A DNA stretch of 64,000 bases from Patescibacteria group bacterium (GTDB taxonomy: Bacteria; Patescibacteriota; SICC01), in the NCBI GenBank assembly GCA_040902515.1, contig JBBDXB010000006.1, positions 335,814 through 399,813 on the forward strand, in the 5' to 3' direction. The notes beneath the pieces were generated by a model. It saw nothing but the letters and a program-made list of their open reading frames with translations. It was not told where the DNA came from and searched no databases. The position numbers were made by a program, and so were the translations under genes. Of the stretch, positions 25,062 through 35,342 are shown in pieces. Every line of letters begins with the position of its first letter. Position 1 is the first letter of the stretch.

Positions 25062-27851
25062 ATGGCCGCTTCGTCCGCTCATCGCAAGAAACTCGTTCTG
25101 ATCGACGCCCACGCCCTGATCCACCGGGCGTTCCACGCGATCCCGTTCCTGGCCAAGAAGGACGGCGAGCTGATCAACGCCGTCTTCGGCTTCACGGCCA
25201 CCGTGCTCTCGGTGCTTAAGAATCTCAGGCCGGAATACGTGGCGGTGAGCTTCGACCTTCCGGAACCGACGTTCCGGCATGAACAGTACGCGGACTACAA
25301 GGCGACCCGTCAGAAAGCACCGGACGAACTCCGCTCCCAGTTCGGCCGGGTCCGCGAGGTCGTGGAAGCGCTCGGCTTCCCGGTGTTCGAGCAGGCAGGC
25401 TACGAGGCCGACGACGTGCTCGGGTCCCTCGCCAAGCAGTTCAGCCAAAAGCATGACCTCGACGCGTACATCGTCACCGGCGACAAGGACGCGCTCCAGC
25501 TGGTGGATGATCGCGTGCGGATCTTCACGCTCCGGAAAGGCATCAAGGACACGGTGATCTACGACCCGGCCTTGCTCAAGGAGGAGACCGGCCTGACCGC
25601 GGACGAGTTCGTCGAGTACAAGGCGCTCAAGGGAGATCCGTCCGACAACATCCCCGGCGTTCCGGGCATCGGCGACAAGACCGCGACGATCTTGATTCAG
25701 AAGCACGGTACGCTCGAAAGGCTGTACGCGGCACTCGACGAGGACCCGTCGAAGCATCCGGACATCAAACCAAAAGTCCGCGAAAACCTCGCCACGTTCA
25801 GGGATCAGGCGTTTCTTTCCCGCGACCTTTCCCGGATCAAGACCGACATGGAACTGTCGTTCCACCTGCCGGACTGCGTGATCCATGACTTCGACCAGGA
25901 GCGCGCCCTCGCCCTCTTCAAGGAACTGGAGTTCAGTTCGCTCGTTCCGCGGCTCAAGGAGGCAATGACCGTGGAATTGCCGATCGTTAAAGCCGCGGCT
26001 CACGCCGCCGAAGCGGTCGAGCGCGACTTTTCGAAGAAGGACTATCGGATCGTGGCGACCATTGCCGACTTTAAGGCTTTCCTTGCCGAACTGAAGCGGC
26101 AGGAGGTCTTCGCGTTCGATACCGAGACCGACACGCTGGACTCCGTGAAGCCGGTCCTCGTCGGCCTGTCGTTTTCGTGGCAGGCGGATATGGCCTGGTA
26201 TCTCCCGGTCGGCCATGCCGAGGGCCCGAACCTGCCGCTCGTAAAGACGCTGAAGACCCTGACGCCGGTGCTTACCGACGACAAAGTGGGCAAGGTCGGC
26301 CACCACCTCAAGTACGACTACGCGGTGATGCGTGCAGCGGGGATCGAGCTCAAGGGACTGCACTTCGACACGCTGCTCGGCTCCTACCTGCTCAACCCCG
26401 GCGCGCGGACCCTGAACCTCGACAAGCTCGCCTACCAGGAACTGGGATACGAGATGCAGCCGCTCACGGACCTGATCGGCGCTAGTCCGGCCAAGAACCA
26501 GAAACCAGTGTCCGCGGTGCCGGTAGCCGATCTCGCGAACTACGCCGCCGAGGACGCCGACGTCACCTGGCAGCTTTACGAGAAGTTCCGCCCGGAACTG
26601 GAACGGCTGGGACTCACCAGGGTCCACGACGAATTCGAGCTGCCGCTGGTGCCCGTGCTGGCGAAGATGGAGCAGCGCGGCATTCGGATCGACACGGCGT
26701 TCCTGGCCGAGATGGGAGGGCGGTTGGGAAAGCAGTTGGCGACCATCGAGCGGAAGGTCGAGAAGCACTGCGGCCATCCGCTCAATCTCAATTCGCCGCG
26801 GCAGCTGGCGCAGGTCCTCTTCGACGAACTCAAGGTCGGTAAGGGGACGCGTACCCTCGGCGGCGGGCATGCCTCGACGGCGGCCGACAAGCTGGAGAAG
26901 CTCCGCGACGCGCACCCGGTCGTGCCGCTGGTCCTCGAGTACCGTGAGCTCTCGAAGCTGAAGGGCACGTACCTCGATGCCCTGCCGAACCTGGTCCGGA
27001 AGGAGACCGGCCGGCTTCACACCTCGTTCAACCAGACCGTCGCGGCGACCGGCCGGCTCAGCTCCTCGGATCCCAACCTCCAGAACATCCCGATCCGGAC
27101 CGAGGTCGGTCGGCAGATCCGGAAGGCGTTCGTGACCGACCGCGGGATGCGCCTGCTCGCCGCTGACTATTCCCAGTTCGAGCTCCGGATCGCCGCGCAC
27201 ATCTCCGGCGACGAAAGGCTCAAGGAGCACTTCCGGGAGGGGCGGGACATCCATACCGCCACGGCCGCGGAAGTGGCCGGCGTTTCCCAGTCGAAGGTCA
27301 CCCCCGAGCAGCGCTACGCCGCCAAGGCCGTGAACTTCTCGATCCTCTACGGAGCCACCCCGCACGGCGTCGCGCGCAGCACCGGCATGAGCGTCCCCGA
27401 CGCACGGACATACATCGAGCGGTACTTCGAGACCTACCCGAAGCTTCGCGAATACATGGACGCGATGGTCGCGAAGGTCCGGACGGATGGATACGTCGAG
27501 ACGCTATTCGGCCGGCGACGCTACATCCCGGAGATCAACTCCAGTTCGCACCCGATTCGGGAAGCGGCCAAACGGATGGCAATCAACATGCCGATCCAAG
27601 GCACCCAAGCGGACATCCTCAAGTTGGCGATGATCGCGCTTGACCGGAAACTGGCCGGGACGTTTCCCGACACGCATCTGCTGCTGACGGTGCACGACGA
27701 GCTGGTACTGGAGGTCCCGACCGCACGGCTTGTCGCCGCCGCCGCGCTCGTCGAGGAAACCATGCGCGATGCGTACGAGCTGTCCGTGCCGGTGGCGGTA
27801 TCGGTCACGGCAGGCAGGAGCTGGGGCGACCTGAAACCGGTACGGGCCTGA
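25062..27851 (+). CDS. polA: DNA polymerase I
   Basis: 5'-3' exonuclease (YEADD, GDPSDNIPGV), 3'-5' exonuclease (FDTET), polymerase (DYSQFELR, KAVNFSILYG, VHDEL). Confidence 0.98.
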   Translation: MAASSAHRKKLVLIDAHALIHRAFHAIPFLAKKDGELINAVFGFTATVLSVLKNLRPEYVAVSFDLPEPTFRHEQYADYKATRQKAPDELRSQFGRVREVVEALGFPVFEQAGYEADDVLGSLAKQFSQKHDLDAYIVTGDKDALQLVDDRVRIFTLRKGIKDTVIYDPALLKEETGLTADEFVEYKALKGDPSDNIPGVPGIGDKTATILIQKHGTLERLYAALDEDPSKHPDIKPKVRENLATFRDQAFLSRDLSRIKTDMELSFHLPDCVIHDFDQERALALFKELEFSSLVPRLKEAMTVELPIVKAAAHAAEAVERDFSKKDYRIVATIADFKAFLAELKRQEVFAFDTETDTLDSVKPVLVGLSFSWQADMAWYLPVGHAEGPNLPLVKTLKTLTPVLTDDKVGKVGHHLKYDYAVMRAAGIELKGLHFDTLLGSYLLNPGARTLNLDKLAYQELGYEMQPLTDLIGASPAKNQKPVSAVPVADLANYAAEDADVTWQLYEKFRPELERLGLTRVHDEFELPLVPVLAKMEQRGIRIDTAFLAEMGGRLGKQLATIERKVEKHCGHPLNLNSPRQLAQVLFDELKVGKGTRTLGGGHASTAADKLEKLRDAHPVVPLVLEYRELSKLKGTYLDALPNLVRKETGRLHTSFNQTVAATGRLSSSDPNLQNIPIRTEVGRQIRKAFVTDRGMRLLAADYSQFELRIAAHISGDERLKEHFREGRDIHTATAAEVAGVSQSKVTPEQRYAAKAVNFSILYGATPHGVARSTGMSVPDARTYIERYFETYPKLREYMDAMVAKVRTDGYVETLFGRRRYIPEINSSSHPIREAAKRMAINMPIQGTQADILKLAMIALDRKLAGTFPDTHLLLTVHDELVLEVPTARLVAAAALVEETMRDAYELSVPVAVSVTAGRSWGDLKPVRA

Positions 27852-27875
27852 GGCTTACGCCGGTATACTGACGGA

Positions 27876-28700
27876 GTGAACGTACGCCGCGAACGCCACC
27901 ACTATGACCCCCTGATGCCATCCGCCGGAAAGGCGGACGTGCATATGCATACCACCGCTTCGGACGGCGCCATGACGCCGCAGCAGCTCCTGGAGCATGT
28001 GGAGCACCGGACCGACCTCGACGTGATCGCGATTACCGACCATGACACGATCGAAGGGGCCCTCGAGGCGAAGCGCCTCCACGAAGAAGGAGATTACAGT
28101 TTCGACCTGATCGTCGGACAGGAGGTCACGTCGTCGGACGGGCACATCCTGGCGCTGTTCATTGAAAAACCGGTTCCCAAGGAACGCTCGGCGGAGGAGA
28201 CGGTCCGCCGCATCCATCAGCAGAACGGCCTGGCGGTGGCGGCCCATCCCTTGCTGGTGATGCGTTACATCGACCCCGACATGCTCACGGCCAACGGGGT
28301 GGGGGCCGACGTCCTGATGGATACGCCGTTCGACGGCGTGGAGATCGTCAACGGCGGGCCGACGATGAAGGACGAGAACGCCCGTGCCCGGCTGCTCAAC
28401 CGGACGGTATTGCTCCGCGCGGAGACCGGTGGATCGGACGCCCATATCCTCGATGCCGTCGGGAAGGGGTATACGTTGTTTCCCGGCCGTCGCGCCACGG
28501 ACTTCCGGCGGGCGATCCGCCAGCGGACGGCGGAAGCGGTCAGTTCGCGGTACCGGGTCCGGGAGCTTCTCCGGTACCTTCGTTTCTTCCTGAAGATGAA
28601 GATCCGGGAAACCGGAAGACGCCTGTTCTCGACGGTGCGCCGGAAGGAGCGCGGGTCGCGCGGCGCACGGCACGCCGCCAAGCGGAGGGAGGCCCGATGA
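27876..28700 (+). CDS. PHP-domain phosphoesterase
   Basis: DVHMHTTASDG, AITDHDT, AHP, GGSDAH. Confidence 0.9.
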   Translation: MNVRRERHHYDPLMPSAGKADVHMHTTASDGAMTPQQLLEHVEHRTDLDVIAITDHDTIEGALEAKRLHEEGDYSFDLIVGQEVTSSDGHILALFIEKPVPKERSAEETVRRIHQQNGLAVAAHPLLVMRYIDPDMLTANGVGADVLMDTPFDGVEIVNGGPTMKDENARARLLNRTVLLRAETGGSDAHILDAVGKGYTLFPGRRATDFRRAIRQRTAEAVSSRYRVRELLRYLRFFLKMKIRETGRRLFSTVRRKERGSRGARHAAKRREAR

Positions 28701-29116
28701 CCGCCGGCGGTGCCAAGACGCTTTGGCTGGTGACCGTCGGTCTGGCGGTGCTCTACCTCGGCGTGTGGGCGGTGGGCACGGAAGGCGATTCGGTGGTTCC
28801 CCGTCAGACGGCCCTGCCCGCGGCTGCCGAAGACGCGCCGGGTCGTTCCGCCGAACAGCGGACGGTGTTGGAGGAATCGGCATCCGCCGATGCCGCCGAT
28901 CGCGTGGATTCGCGGGCGACGCTGGAAGTGACCGGCGTGAAGCCGAAGTTCTTCAGCGGTCCCGACCTGCAGCCGGTCGCGTTCGCCGCGCAGGACGCGA
29001 AGGCGGGCTTCGAGATCACGATCCTGGCTCGTGTGGACGGTGAGCCTGTCTCGAAACTGACCTACCATGCCGTACCGCCGGACCGGGTGGTGTTCGTCCG
29101 CCAAGAGGAGCCCTAG
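28697..29116 (+). CDS. Hypothetical membrane-anchored protein
   Basis: ATGA overlap with the PHP gene; N-terminal TM. Confidence 0.65.
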   Translation: MTAGGAKTLWLVTVGLAVLYLGVWAVGTEGDSVVPRQTALPAAAEDAPGRSAEQRTVLEESASADAADRVDSRATLEVTGVKPKFFSGPDLQPVAFAAQDAKAGFEITILARVDGEPVSKLTYHAVPPDRVVFVRQEEP

Positions 29117-29123
29117 GCCTACC

Positions 29124-30038
29124 GTGCCTGAACTGCCGGAAGTCGAGACGATCCGCCGCGGCCTGGCCGGGGTGTTGCCCGGGAAACGCATCAAGCGGTT
29201 CAGCGTGACGCTGCCGAAGCTCTTCTCGGCCGAGGCGCCAGCGAAACGGATCCATCTCACGGGGGCGACGGTCCTCGACGTCGAGCGACGGGGCAAGGCG
29301 CTGTTGATCCGCTTCTCCGGAGACCGGACCCTGGTGATCCATCTGAAGATGACCGGGCAGCTGATCTACCGGGAACCGTCCCGGAGGCGCGCGCCCGGGA
29401 AGATCCTCCTGGCTGGTGGTCACCCGATCCCCGCCATCGGTGGGGACGGGATGCGGCTGCCCGGCAAGGTGACTCATGCGACCATTACGTTCGACGACGA
29501 CAGTCGCCTGTTCTATAACGACCTCCGGCAGTTCGGCTATCTCAAGCTGGTTTCTACGGAACAAGCCGGCTCGTTGCCGTTCATCGCGGCGTTGGGGCTG
29601 GAACCGCTGGAGCGTTCGTTCACGCTCGGGAAGTTCGAGGAAGTATTGCGCCGCTGTCCGTCCGCGAAACTGAAACCGCTGCTCCTGGACCAGACGGCGG
29701 TCGCCGGATTGGGAAACATCTACGTGGACGAGGCGCTGAATCTGGCCCGGCTGCATCCGCTCCGGACCGCCGGATCGCTTACGAAACCCCAGCGTGTCGT
29801 GCTGCACGCAGCGATCAAGCGGATTCTCCGGGACGCGCTCAGGGCCGGCGGCACCTCCGACAACACGTACGTGACCATTCGCGGCGAGCGCGGCGATTAC
29901 CTCCGGCGAGCGCGGGTGTATCATCGAACCGGAGAACCCTGCCGCCGCTGCGGGACGCCGATCGAGCGGATCGTAGTGGTAGGACGGGGCACCCATATCT
30001 GCCCGCGTTGCCAGCGCTTCCCGCGTGCGGCGAAGTGA
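29124..30038 (+). CDS. mutM: Formamidopyrimidine-DNA glycosylase
   Basis: PELPEVE start, HLKMTG, GLGNIY, C-terminal CRRC...CPRCQ zinc finger. Confidence 0.97.
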   Translation: MPELPEVETIRRGLAGVLPGKRIKRFSVTLPKLFSAEAPAKRIHLTGATVLDVERRGKALLIRFSGDRTLVIHLKMTGQLIYREPSRRRAPGKILLAGGHPIPAIGGDGMRLPGKVTHATITFDDDSRLFYNDLRQFGYLKLVSTEQAGSLPFIAALGLEPLERSFTLGKFEEVLRRCPSAKLKPLLLDQTAVAGLGNIYVDEALNLARLHPLRTAGSLTKPQRVVLHAAIKRILRDALRAGGTSDNTYVTIRGERGDYLRRARVYHRTGEPCRRCGTPIERIVVVGRGTHICPRCQRFPRAAK

Positions 30039-30061
30039 CCGGACAGCCGTCATCATCCGAC

Positions 30062-31021
30062 ATGCTACTCATCATCCACGGTTCCGAACCCTACCTCGTC
30101 CATCGCAAACTTGCGCAGGCGATGGAGAAGGCGCGTACGCAGGATGCCTCCGGCATCAGCCGGCTGCCGGCGGATACGTCGGACATCGGGGCTGCCCGGG
30201 AGGCGCTCCGCGGCGGTTCGCTGTTCAGTGAGCGTTCCGTCGTGGTCCTCCAGGACTGGTTCCGGGAGAAGCCGGCGGAAGAGGCGAACGAGCTGGCCGA
30301 ACTGCTCGGGACCGTTTCGGACGACACCGTGGTGATCGTGGCCGAAGCCGGGGCGGTGGACCGCCGCCGCAAGGCGTTCGCCGAGCTGGTGAAGCGCGCC
30401 GACAAGGCCTGGCGGTTCGACACGATGGATGAGGCGACGGCCGCCCGCTGGCTCGTGAAACGGGCGGCGGCACACGGGGCCGAGCTACCTCCGGGGACCG
30501 CCCGACGGATCGTCGCGACGCTCGGCACCGACGGCTGGACCTTGGCTACCGAGCTCGACAAGCTCACGGCGGCGGCCGGCAAGGCCGGCACGATCACCGA
30601 TGCCTTGGTGAACGACCTGGTCAGCCGCACCGGCACAGCGACGATCTGGGAACTGGTGGACGGGGTGGCGGCCCGGGACTTCCCGAAGGCGCAGTCCGCC
30701 CTGAAGAGCCTGCTCGACTCCGGCGAACCGGCGATCCGCGTCTTCGCGATGGTCGTCCGGCAGTACCGGATCCTGCTTGGGGTCCACGCCGCCGCGGCCG
30801 AGGGCGGCAGTGACGCCGCGATCGGCAAACAGCTCGGGGTGCATCCGTACAGCGTGAAGCAGGCGCGACGCCAGGCGGACCGCTTCAGTGAGGCGGAGCT
30901 CAAGAAGATCTTCGCCGAACTGGTCGAGCAGGACGTGGCCACGAAACGCGGCAAGCGCGATGCGGCCGAGGCGCTCGAACTGTTCGTGGCGGAACGCACG
31001 CAACCCGCTGCCGCGGCGTAA
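30062..31021 (+). CDS. holA: DNA polymerase III delta subunit
   Basis: LIIHGSEPYL, SLFSERSVV, ELDKL, IWELVD, LGVHPY; convergent on rpsT. Confidence 0.9.
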   Translation: MLLIIHGSEPYLVHRKLAQAMEKARTQDASGISRLPADTSDIGAAREALRGGSLFSERSVVVLQDWFREKPAEEANELAELLGTVSDDTVVIVAEAGAVDRRRKAFAELVKRADKAWRFDTMDEATAARWLVKRAAAHGAELPPGTARRIVATLGTDGWTLATELDKLTAAAGKAGTITDALVNDLVSRTGTATIWELVDGVAARDFPKAQSALKSLLDSGEPAIRVFAMVVRQYRILLGVHAAAAEGGSDAAIGKQLGVHPYSVKQARRQADRFSEAELKKIFAELVEQDVATKRGKRDAAEALELFVAERTQPAAAA

Positions 31022-31079
31022 GGCCGCACGGCATCGCGCCGTGCTTTGCATCGCGACGTCGGTCGGTTATGCTCGGGGC

Positions 31080-31343
31080 GAAGATGAAACACAAACGAAT
31101 CTGGAAATCCTGACGAGTATCGCGGTCCCGTGCCGCGGCCATGATTCCGTTTGCCATCTCATCGCGAAGCTTCCCAGCCTCCGCCGAACTTGAACGCCAA
31201 CCGTCACCGTCAGGATGACAGCCCAGCGTTCACCGAACCGCACCTCGCGAGCGCGAGGATGTGGGGCCACCCGGGACGGACGCGCGACAGGTTCTCAGAA
31301 CCTCTCCCATTCCGAAAACCGCGAACACCGCGCGTCCGTCCCT
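31080..31343 (+). ncRNA. Candidate structured small RNA between holA and rpsT (strand uncertain)
   Basis: TTGCAT-16-TATGCT upstream; several stems including a 14-bp GGGACGGACGCGCG inverted repeat; no credible long ORF. Confidence 0.4.
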
Positions 31344-31358
31344 GCCTCTTCCGCCTCC

Positions 31359-31736
31359 TCAGGAGGTCTTTTTCGTGGTTTTCGCCGCTGGCTTGGTAGC
31401 GGCCTGCTTCGCCGGCTTCTTGGCGGCCGTCTTCTTCGGCGCGCTCTTCGCGGTACCCTTCGTCACCGGCTTCACGCCAGCTTCTTTCAGGGCTTCCGCC
31501 AGCCGGGCCTTGTGCCGCGCCACCGCCCGCGGATGGATCGCGCGGGTCTTGCCGGCCTTGTCGAGGTACTTCTGCGTAGTCGGGAGCTCCCCGGCGGCCT
31601 CCGATCCCTTCCCGGCCGCGATCAGGGTACGGATCCGCTTCACGGCCGTGCGGGCCCGCGTACGGTGCAGGTTGTTTTCCCGGCTTTGCCGGGCCGCGAC
31701 CTGGACGCGCTTCTTGGCTGACTTGATTTGCGGCAT
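31359..31736 (-). CDS. rpsT: 30S ribosomal protein S20 with Lys/Ala-rich tail
   Basis: MPQIKSAKKRV...LDKA...IHPRAVARHKARL. Confidence 0.95.
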   Translation of the reverse strand: MPQIKSAKKRVQVAARQSRENNLHRTRARTAVKRIRTLIAAGKGSEAAGELPTTQKYLDKAGKTRAIHPRAVARHKARLAEALKEAGVKPVTKGTAKSAPKKTAAKKPAKQAATKPAAKTTKKTS

Positions 31737-31796
31737 AACGAAATCCAGCTTACCCTGCGCGCGCTTCCGCGTGAAGCCTTGGCTCTCCCTCGGTAC

Positions 31797-31879
31797 TTGA
31801 CTATAGGGCTAAAAAACACTATAATTAAGCAATTTTGCGGGCTGCCGTCATTGACAGTGAGCGACGTGCCCGATACGCT
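31797..31879 (+). promoter_or_regulatory. Tandem sigma70 promoters for the DHH gene
   Basis: TTGACT-17-TATAAT (31797-31825) and TTGACA-17-TACGCT (31851-31879). Confidence 0.65.
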
Positions 31880-31898
31880 ATACAGTCAATTTTCACCC

Positions 31899-33479
31899 AT
31901 GGAACTCAGCCCCAAGCAGCAAGTCACCGAACTGATCCGGAAGTTTTCGAACATCCTGATCGTCACGCACGCCCGGCCCGACGGCGACGCCGTCGGTTCG
32001 GCGCTGGCGATGCAGCATGTGCTCGAGGCGCTCGGCAAGCACCCGACGACGATCATCCTCGACGAAATCCCCGAGATGTACCGGTTCCTGCCCGGCCTGG
32101 ACAAGGTGACCACGCAGCTTTCCGGCAGCCGCGACCTGGTGCTCAGCGTGAACACGACGCACACCAAGGTCGACAAGCTCAAGTACAACACGACCGAGGA
32201 CCGACTCAACGTGGTGGTTTCCCCGAAGGAGGGCCAGTTCGCCGAGAAGGACGTGGAAATCCGGCAAGGCGCGTACAATTTCGACCTCGTGATCGTCCTC
32301 GACGCGCCCGACCTTGACCGGCTCGGCAAGCTCTACGATGAGAATCCGGACCTGTTCTACGAGGCGCCGGTCGTGAACATCGACCATCATCCTTCGAACG
32401 ACTACTTCGGCGCGGTGAACCTGGTCGACCTGACCGCCACCTCCACCGCGGAGGTGCTGGTCGGCGTGATCGAAGCACTCGGCGAATCATTGATGACCGA
32501 GGACGTGGCGACGCTGCTGCTCACCGGCCTGATCACCGACACCGGCAGCTTCCAGAACGCGAACACCACGCCGAAGTCGCTGACCGTGTCCGCGCAGCTC
32601 GTGGCGCAGGGCGGCCGGCAGCAGGAGATCATCCAGCATGTCTACAAGACCAAGCCGCTCTCGACGCTCCGGCTCTGGGGGCGGGCGCTCACGCGGCTGC
32701 AGTATGATCCGGAAACGCGGCTCGTCTGGGCCAGTCTCTCGCACCAGGACTTCCAGGAGACCGGCGGTACCGCGACCGAAGCCAAGGGCGTGATCGATGC
32801 GCTGATGAGTTCGGCACCGGACGCCGAGGTGATCCTGCTGCTCCGCGAGAACGCGGACGGCCGGGTGGACGGCTCGGTCCGGACCACCAAGGGCGTGGAC
32901 GCCACCAAGGTGGTCGGCTTCTGGAACGGCGGCGGTCACAAGGGCGCGGCCGGGTTCGACGTGGACGGTCCGCTGGAAGAGGCGGAGCGCTCGGTGGTGA
33001 CCCAGATCAAGAAGTGGCAGGCGGAGCGGCTGGGCGTGCAAGGCCCGACCGCCACGACGACCTCGCGCCGGTCGCAGACGGCTAACGCGCCCAAGGGGCC
33101 TTCGGAGCCACCGAACGGTGCGCCGGGAGCGTCGATCCGACAAGGGGCGAGCGTGTCTTCCGATGCCCCGCCTCCCCCGGGTCAGGATCGACAAGCGGGA
33201 TCACCGCCACAGCCGGACCGGCAGCAGAACGTACGGCCGCAGTCGCAGCCGCGGCCTGACCAGCCCCGGCGACCTGAATCCGGACAGCAGCGACCGCAGT
33301 CTCCAAGGCCGCAGCCGCCACAGCGACCACAGCAGCCCCCGGCGAATCAGCAACCCGCCCCCCAACGGCCGCTCTCCGACGAGGAATTGGATGCCTACTT
33401 CAAGAAGACTCCGGGTGCCAAAGGACAGGTAATCGACCAGCGCCCGGATAAGAGCCGGGGGAATGATGGCACCGCCTGA
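31899..33479 (+). CDS. DHH/DHHA1 phosphoesterase (NrnA-like) with Pro/Gln-rich tail
   Basis: HARPDGDAVGS, NIDHH, TDTGSF, GGGHKGAAG. Confidence 0.9.
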   Translation: MELSPKQQVTELIRKFSNILIVTHARPDGDAVGSALAMQHVLEALGKHPTTIILDEIPEMYRFLPGLDKVTTQLSGSRDLVLSVNTTHTKVDKLKYNTTEDRLNVVVSPKEGQFAEKDVEIRQGAYNFDLVIVLDAPDLDRLGKLYDENPDLFYEAPVVNIDHHPSNDYFGAVNLVDLTATSTAEVLVGVIEALGESLMTEDVATLLLTGLITDTGSFQNANTTPKSLTVSAQLVAQGGRQQEIIQHVYKTKPLSTLRLWGRALTRLQYDPETRLVWASLSHQDFQETGGTATEAKGVIDALMSSAPDAEVILLLRENADGRVDGSVRTTKGVDATKVVGFWNGGGHKGAAGFDVDGPLEEAERSVVTQIKKWQAERLGVQGPTATTTSRRSQTANAPKGPSEPPNGAPGASIRQGASVSSDAPPPPGQDRQAGSPPQPDRQQNVRPQSQPRPDQPRRPESGQQRPQSPRPQPPQRPQQPPANQQPAPQRPLSDEELDAYFKKTPGAKGQVIDQRPDKSRGNDGTA

Positions 33480-33996
33480 CGGTACGCCTGAGGGAAATCA
33501 CCGGGAGCGCATGGAAGCACTTCCTGATGCTGAAGCGTCCGGACTTTCAAAACGGCTCGAACGCTGCCTGGAGGGACACCCGCACGTCGTACTGAAGCTG
33601 GACGACATGGAACACGGGATCCAGGCTCTCCGGGATGACGAAGGTGACGATGAGATCACCATGGACATCATGCGCGGCCAAGGGGGGTTTGAAGGTATCG
33701 AATTGCGGATCCGTCAGGAGCTGGGCAGCCTGGGTGGTGCTCCTGAAGATACGAAGTACGAAAAAGAACACATCGTATTCCTGGGATACGGCGGACATAC
33801 CATAGACTCGGATATCCATCCCATCAGGGACTCCGGTGACGGTGACGATAGGGATGTGCGCGAGGACCTGGACGCCGAAGTCGCGGCCCTCAAGTTCAAG
33901 ATAGAGCAAGGCCTGTCCGGCCGGCCGTTGCTTCGCGCGGAAGCCGACGATATAGATTTCCTCCTCCGCCACGGTCGGAAGGTATCGCCGAAGTGA
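33463..33996 (+). CDS. Hypothetical acidic protein
   Basis: 177-aa ORF between the DHH gene and truB, lower GC. Confidence 0.6.
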   Translation: MMAPPDGTPEGNHRERMEALPDAEASGLSKRLERCLEGHPHVVLKLDDMEHGIQALRDDEGDDEITMDIMRGQGGFEGIELRIRQELGSLGGAPEDTKYEKEHIVFLGYGGHTIDSDIHPIRDSGDGDDRDVREDLDAEVAALKFKIEQGLSGRPLLRAEADDIDFLLRHGRKVSPK

Positions 33997-34030
33997 CCGT
34001 CGGTTCACCGAAACCCTTACAATGATCCTG

Positions 34031-34735
34031 ATGGATGTTCCGGGATTCTTATTGGTGGACAAACCGGCCGGCTGGACCAGCCACGACGTGGTGGCGAAAG
34101 TCCGGGGGATCACGGGGGTCAAGAAGGTGGGGCACGGAGGCACGCTGGATCCGATGGCGACCGGACTGTTGGTGCTGGGGTTCGGCAAAGCCACCAAACA
34201 GCTCGAGCGGTTCATGCAAGGGGACAAGACATATGTGGCCGAGGTAACGCTCGGTGCCACGAGCGACACGGACGACGCGGAAGGTACGGTCACGCCGGCG
34301 AAGCGGCCGGCACGTCCGACCGGAACGGAGGTGGAGGTGACCCTGGGATCGTTCCGCGGGGATTTCCAACAGCTCCCGCCCGTCTATTCTGCGATCAAGA
34401 CGAACGGACGGAAAGCCTACGCGGAAGCGCGGAAAAATAGGACGGTGGAACGGAAACCACGACCTGTCACCGTCCACGAGATGGTCTTGCTGGACTATCG
34501 CTGGCCGTCCATCCGGTTCCGTTGCCGGGTTTCCAAGGGGACGTACGTCCGATCGATCGCACGCGATGTGGGGGAAAAACTGGGCACCGGCGGTTACCTC
34601 AGTGCCTTGCGACGTGAGGCGATCGGGAGCCTGGAGGTCGAGGCAGCGGTCGGTATCGATGCGGTTACGGAACAGTCCTGGCATGGTCTGGTCATTCCGT
34701 CGGAGGATGCTATGATTAACCCGAATCCCGCATAA
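34031..34735 (+). CDS. truB: tRNA pseudouridine(55) synthase
   Basis: DKPAGWTSHDVV, GHGGTLDPMATG, PPVYSAIK, SKGTYVRS. Confidence 0.97.
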   Translation: MDVPGFLLVDKPAGWTSHDVVAKVRGITGVKKVGHGGTLDPMATGLLVLGFGKATKQLERFMQGDKTYVAEVTLGATSDTDDAEGTVTPAKRPARPTGTEVEVTLGSFRGDFQQLPPVYSAIKTNGRKAYAEARKNRTVERKPRPVTVHEMVLLDYRWPSIRFRCRVSKGTYVRSIARDVGEKLGTGGYLSALRREAIGSLEVEAAVGIDAVTEQSWHGLVIPSEDAMINPNPA

Positions 34736-34737
34736 CC

Positions 34738-35025
34738 ATGGCCCTTGCAGAAGCCAGTCCCGAGTATTCCCAGGAAGAGATATTCCTGCCGGTGCGAGCC
34801 ACCGTACTACATCTGGTCAGGGGTGATGATTACGATCCTGAGCACTCCCCGGCGGCTATCGCCGAAGGATTTGGCGTTGGCGCAGATAATGTTAGGGAAA
34901 TTTTCAGCGGTTGCTTCGCACGAGGAGAGATCGACCGGGCCCCCACCGAAGACGGTTCCATGTTGGTCATCACGGCCGACGGTGAACGGAAACTGGCCGA
35001 GATAGAGGAGCGCCTCGCCGCGTAG
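34738..35025 (+). CDS. Small hypothetical protein (possible winged helix)
   Basis: 95 aa; IAEGFGV...ITADGERKL resembles a wHTH. Confidence 0.55.
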   Translation: MALAEASPEYSQEEIFLPVRATVLHLVRGDDYDPEHSPAAIAEGFGVGADNVREIFSGCFARGEIDRAPTEDGSMLVITADGERKLAEIEERLAA

Positions 35026-35061
35026 ACAGCAGTCCGTCCACCTGCTAGACTGCACCTCGCT

Positions 35062-35328
35062 ATGCTGACAGCTGAGCAGAAAAGTACGGTCATCAAGAAG
35101 CACGCCACGTCGAAGAACGACGTCGGCTCTGCGCCGGTGCAAATCGCCCTCCTGACGGAGCGGATCAACGACCTCACCGGCCACATGAAGACCCATAAGA
35201 AAGACCTGCACAGCGAGCGGGGGCTGGAACTCCTGGTCGGCAAACGCAAGCGGCTCCTGGCGTACCTGCAGCGGGAAGACCCGAAGCAGTACCAGGAACT
35301 GGTAAAGACCCTTAAGCTACGTAAGTAA
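35062..35328 (+). CDS. rpsO: 30S ribosomal protein S15
   Basis: DVGSAPVQIALLTERI, HKKDLHSERGL. Confidence 0.98.
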   Translation: MLTAEQKSTVIKKHATSKNDVGSAPVQIALLTERINDLTGHMKTHKKDLHSERGLELLVGKRKRLLAYLQREDPKQYQELVKTLKLRK

Positions 35329-35342
35329 GTAATTAACGGCAC

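Noticed and set aside
31110-31117. CTGACGAG, resembling the hammerhead ribozyme core CUGANGA
   Set aside because: No stem II followed by GAAA in the required position
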